Shown: positions 28,457 through 32,000 of the stretch, one piece after another
Layout: each line of letters starts with the position of its first letter
Position numbering within the stretch: position 1 is the first letter of the stretch
NCBI RefSeq assembly: GCF_014280175.1
Contig: NZ_CP047931.1
Location: forward strand, 90,001 to 122,000
Source of the DNA: Synechococcus sp. A15-28
Lineage (GTDB): Bacteria; Cyanobacteriota; Cyanobacteriia; PCC-6307; Cyanobiaceae
Reading direction: 5' to 3'
DNA: 32,000 bases
The notes under the pieces: generated by a model
Told to the model about the DNA's origin: nothing
Database searches by the model: none
Seen by the model: the letters and a program-made list of their open reading frames with translations, nothing else
Translations under genes and position numbers: made by a program

Positions 28457-29313
28457 AGTTGCTGCTCCATGCCGGCCCGATGAAAACGGGCTCAACGGCG
28501 TTTCAGGAATTGCTTGTGCTCAATAGCTCCCAGTTGGAGCAGTGCGGAATTCGCTTCCGCCATCTGCGCCGCCAGGAGCTGGACGACCTCGAGGCGGTGG
28601 TGGAGGCCGAGCAAAGACGGGGTTGGCCGCGGGTGTTGTTGCTGTCCCATGAATGTCTTTGTCGGGTGGATCCGCAGCGCTTGAAAGCGGCGCTGCATTT
28701 GGTGCCAGTACCTGCAGAAGCCGTTTTGGTGGCGCGACCGCTGCGGGAGGTGTATCCGAGCCTGTATCTCCAAAACCTCAAAGGGCACGTGATGCGCACC
28801 TCCTCCTACGAGGAGTTTCTGCAGGAACAGATCGACCGGGATCGGCGGCCGGAGTTGGCGACGCGGGGGCAGGTGTTTCGCTACGCCTTTCTGGAGGAGC
28901 AGATGCAGGCCGCGGGTTGTGCGGTCCAGTGGGTCTCCTATGCACGTTCATCCCTGCTGGATGATCTGGTGGCCTGGTTGGCGCACAACGCCGATGCAGC
29001 GGAAATGTTGCGCGCACTGAAGCCCCTACCAATGCCAAGTGGTGTGAGTCCACGACGGTCTCTGGATGGAACTGTTGTTGAAATAGCCCGCCTGATGAAT
29101 GAACGTTGTCGTGCGGGAACGCTGTCTCCTGAGGATCGTGACAGATTTTTGGTTGCCTTACTGAACAGCAGCGATCGGATTCGTTCCCAACGCCAGGGCC
29201 TGGATTCTTTCCGTGAAAATCACGCTGATCAGCTGGATGCTTTGGATCATGAGCTCAATGGCGACTTCTGGCGCCAGCGAGCCATGCATCCGACTCCATG
29301 GGATCCGACATAG
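28453..29313 (+). CDS. P-loop protein of unknown function, sulfotransferase-fold-like
   Basis: 286 aa. The N-terminus LLLHAGPMKTGSTAFQELL has a (P/h)-x-K-T-G-S-T loop, followed later by VARPLREVYPSLYLQNLKG. The ATG overlaps the mutY stop as ATGA. Composition is high-GC, like the host. Confidence 0.45.
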   Translation: MKLLLHAGPMKTGSTAFQELLVLNSSQLEQCGIRFRHLRRQELDDLEAVVEAEQRRGWPRVLLLSHECLCRVDPQRLKAALHLVPVPAEAVLVARPLREVYPSLYLQNLKGHVMRTSSYEEFLQEQIDRDRRPELATRGQVFRYAFLEEQMQAAGCAVQWVSYARSSLLDDLVAWLAHNADAAEMLRALKPLPMPSGVSPRRSLDGTVVEIARLMNERCRAGTLSPEDRDRFLVALLNSSDRIRSQRQGLDSFRENHADQLDALDHELNGDFWRQRAMHPTPWDPT

Positions 29314-30266
29314 CAGGCCCTTGTTCTGTTGTCTGTCTTGGTGAAGCTCTGATCGATCGGCTTGGGCCGCCTGGAGGTGATCCTGCGCTGGATCGTCCGG
29401 TGGACGACCGTCTGGGAGGAGCTCCGGCGAATGTGGCCTGTGGTCTGGCTCGCTTGGGGACCCCCGTGGCCTTTGCCGGTCGCTTGGGGCAGGATGCCAT
29501 CGGCGAGGCTTTTTCCACGTTGTTTGCTGAGCGTGGACTGCAGACCGAGCTGCTGCAGCGGGATGCCGAGCGTCCCAGTCGCATCGTTTTGGTGCGCCGT
29601 TCGCCAGACGGTGAACGGCAGTTTCAGGCCTTTTCTGGGGATCAGGGCCTTGGATTTGCTGATCAGGCTTTGGAGCCAGCCTCCTTGCCCCCGGCCCGAT
29701 GGTTGTTGATCGGCACGCTGCCGCTGGCGGCGCCAATGTCAGCCTCGGCCCTGCTCTCGGCTGTGCGTCAGGCCCAGAGCCAGGGCACAGGAATAGCCCT
29801 CGATGTGAACTGGCGCCCCACGTTCTGGGATCCGGTCGCGGATCCGGCCACAGGGCCTGGGCCCAAGGCTTTGGCTGCTACTGAGCCGTTGCTGCAGCAG
29901 GCGGCTCTGATCAAGTTGGCGCGGGAGGAAGCGCTGTGTTTCTTCAAAACCGACGATCCAGGCGCGATCCAGCAGGCCTTGCCCCAGCGGCCGGATGTGG
30001 TGGTGACTGATGGCGCCGCCCCGGTGCGCTGGCAATTGGGAGCCGACTCAGGTGAGCAGACCGCCTTTCAGCCCCCCACCGTCGTCGATACCACCGGCGC
30101 TGGTGATGCCTTCACGGCAGGTCTTTTGCACCGGTGGGCCGCCGCACCCCAGGAGCGCATTCGTTTCGCGGCGGCCTGCGGCGCCCTGGTCTGCGGAGGC
30201 CCCGGCGGCATTGATCCCCAACCAACAGAGGCTCAGGTGGAGGTTTTTCTGGGAGGTGTGAGCTGA
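29298..30266 (+). CDS. pfkB-family carbohydrate kinase (fructokinase-like)
   Basis: 322 aa. Motifs are VVCLGEALIDRL, LGGAPANVACGLARLG and the ATP/anion-hole motif VVDTTGAGDAFTAGLL. Confidence 0.88.
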   Translation: MGSDIAGPCSVVCLGEALIDRLGPPGGDPALDRPVDDRLGGAPANVACGLARLGTPVAFAGRLGQDAIGEAFSTLFAERGLQTELLQRDAERPSRIVLVRRSPDGERQFQAFSGDQGLGFADQALEPASLPPARWLLIGTLPLAAPMSASALLSAVRQAQSQGTGIALDVNWRPTFWDPVADPATGPGPKALAATEPLLQQAALIKLAREEALCFFKTDDPGAIQQALPQRPDVVVTDGAAPVRWQLGADSGEQTAFQPPTVVDTTGAGDAFTAGLLHRWAAAPQERIRFAAACGALVCGGPGGIDPQPTEAQVEVFLGGVS

Positions 30267-30730
30267 GCGCGGCGGCCCTCTCCGACATGGCACAGCTCCA
30301 AGCGCCAGGCTTCTGGCAGCGCCAAGCTGAGCCGTTCGGGCCATTCCACCGCCATCAGGGCTCCCATCGCCCGGGCCTCCTCCTCTTCCTGGAGAAACAG
30401 CTCATCAGCTGATCCCGGAGCGTCCAGCCGGTAGAGATCCAGATGGACGAGGGGCGGATTCCCGTCCGGGTAGTGCTGGGCCAGGGCAAAGGTTGGACTG
30501 GTGATCGCTTCAGTGATGCCGCAGGCCAGGGCAAGGCCCTGCACCAGTGAGGTTTTGCCCGCTCCGAGTGGCCCCTGCAACAGCAGGATGCTTCCCGCGG
30601 GGAGATGGCCTGCCACGTGCTGACCAAGGCTCCGGGTTGTGGCCAGCGACTTGAGGGTCCAGACACACTGTGTACAGTCCGAACTGAGCGAGCCCGAAGC
30701 CTCGGCGTCTCTGCAGAGATTCACCTCCAC
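30233..30730 (-). CDS. tsaE: tRNA t6A37 biosynthesis ATPase TsaE (YjeE)
   Basis: 165 aa. Motifs are [32 protein letters not shown] and HLDLYRL. The start position is uncertain because the N-terminal extension is longer than typical. Confidence 0.88.
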   Translation of the reverse strand: MEVNLCRDAEASGSLSSDCTQCVWTLKSLATTRSLGQHVAGHLPAGSILLLQGPLGAGKTSLVQGLALACGITEAITSPTFALAQHYPDGNPPLVHLDLYRLDAPGSADELFLQEEEEARAMGALMAVEWPERLSLALPEAWRLELCHVGEGRRAQLTPPRKTST

Positions 30731-30752
30731 GTTTCCCAGGGAGCATCAACTC

Positions 30753-32000
<1,248 letters not shown>

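Overview
All family calls come from motif recognition by eye, because no searches were run. The window is a high-GC chromosomal segment. One hand-counted core line, 9361-9420, has 41/60 G+C. It looks like a marine picocyanobacterium of the Synechococcus type (inference). Recognisable housekeeping genes are secA, cysE, a PlmA-like GntR regulator, infC, miaA, gyrB, two tandem crcB genes, glutathione peroxidase, mgtE, a group-2 sigma factor, mutY, a pfkB sugar kinase, tsaE and ahcY. ahcY is partial and missing from the ORF track. The region is very compact, with many 1-16 nt start/stop overlaps, and all six convergent gene pairs overlap at their 3' ends. Three AT-rich islets interrupt this backbone at about 225-7600, 24540-25235 and 26040-27060. 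Hand counts for sample islet lines range from 14/60 to 27/60 G+C. The accessory content consists entirely of glycan-tailoring genes. Across the window I count six glycosyltransferase genes: three GT4, one TPR-GT9 broken by an in-frame TGA, one GT8-like, and one two-domain GT2. There is also a TPR-only protein, a signal-less Cys-type sulfatase, and four sulfotransferase-like P-loop genes, one of them translationally coupled to cysE. No sugar-nucleotide synthesis, polymerase, flippase or export genes are present, and no integrase, transposase, tRNA or CRISPR. The best candidate for a new system is a dispersed sulfated-glycoconjugate tailoring module, probably acting on a protein. It lies next to the 5' end of a strongly promoted gene that may encode a surface protein and leaves the window at position 1. 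Smaller items include an 11-bp inverted repeat upstream of the GntR gene, a dienelactone-hydrolase remnant, compositional mosaicism inside secA and an alpha/beta hydrolase gene, and an unexplained 340-nt gap upstream of mutY.
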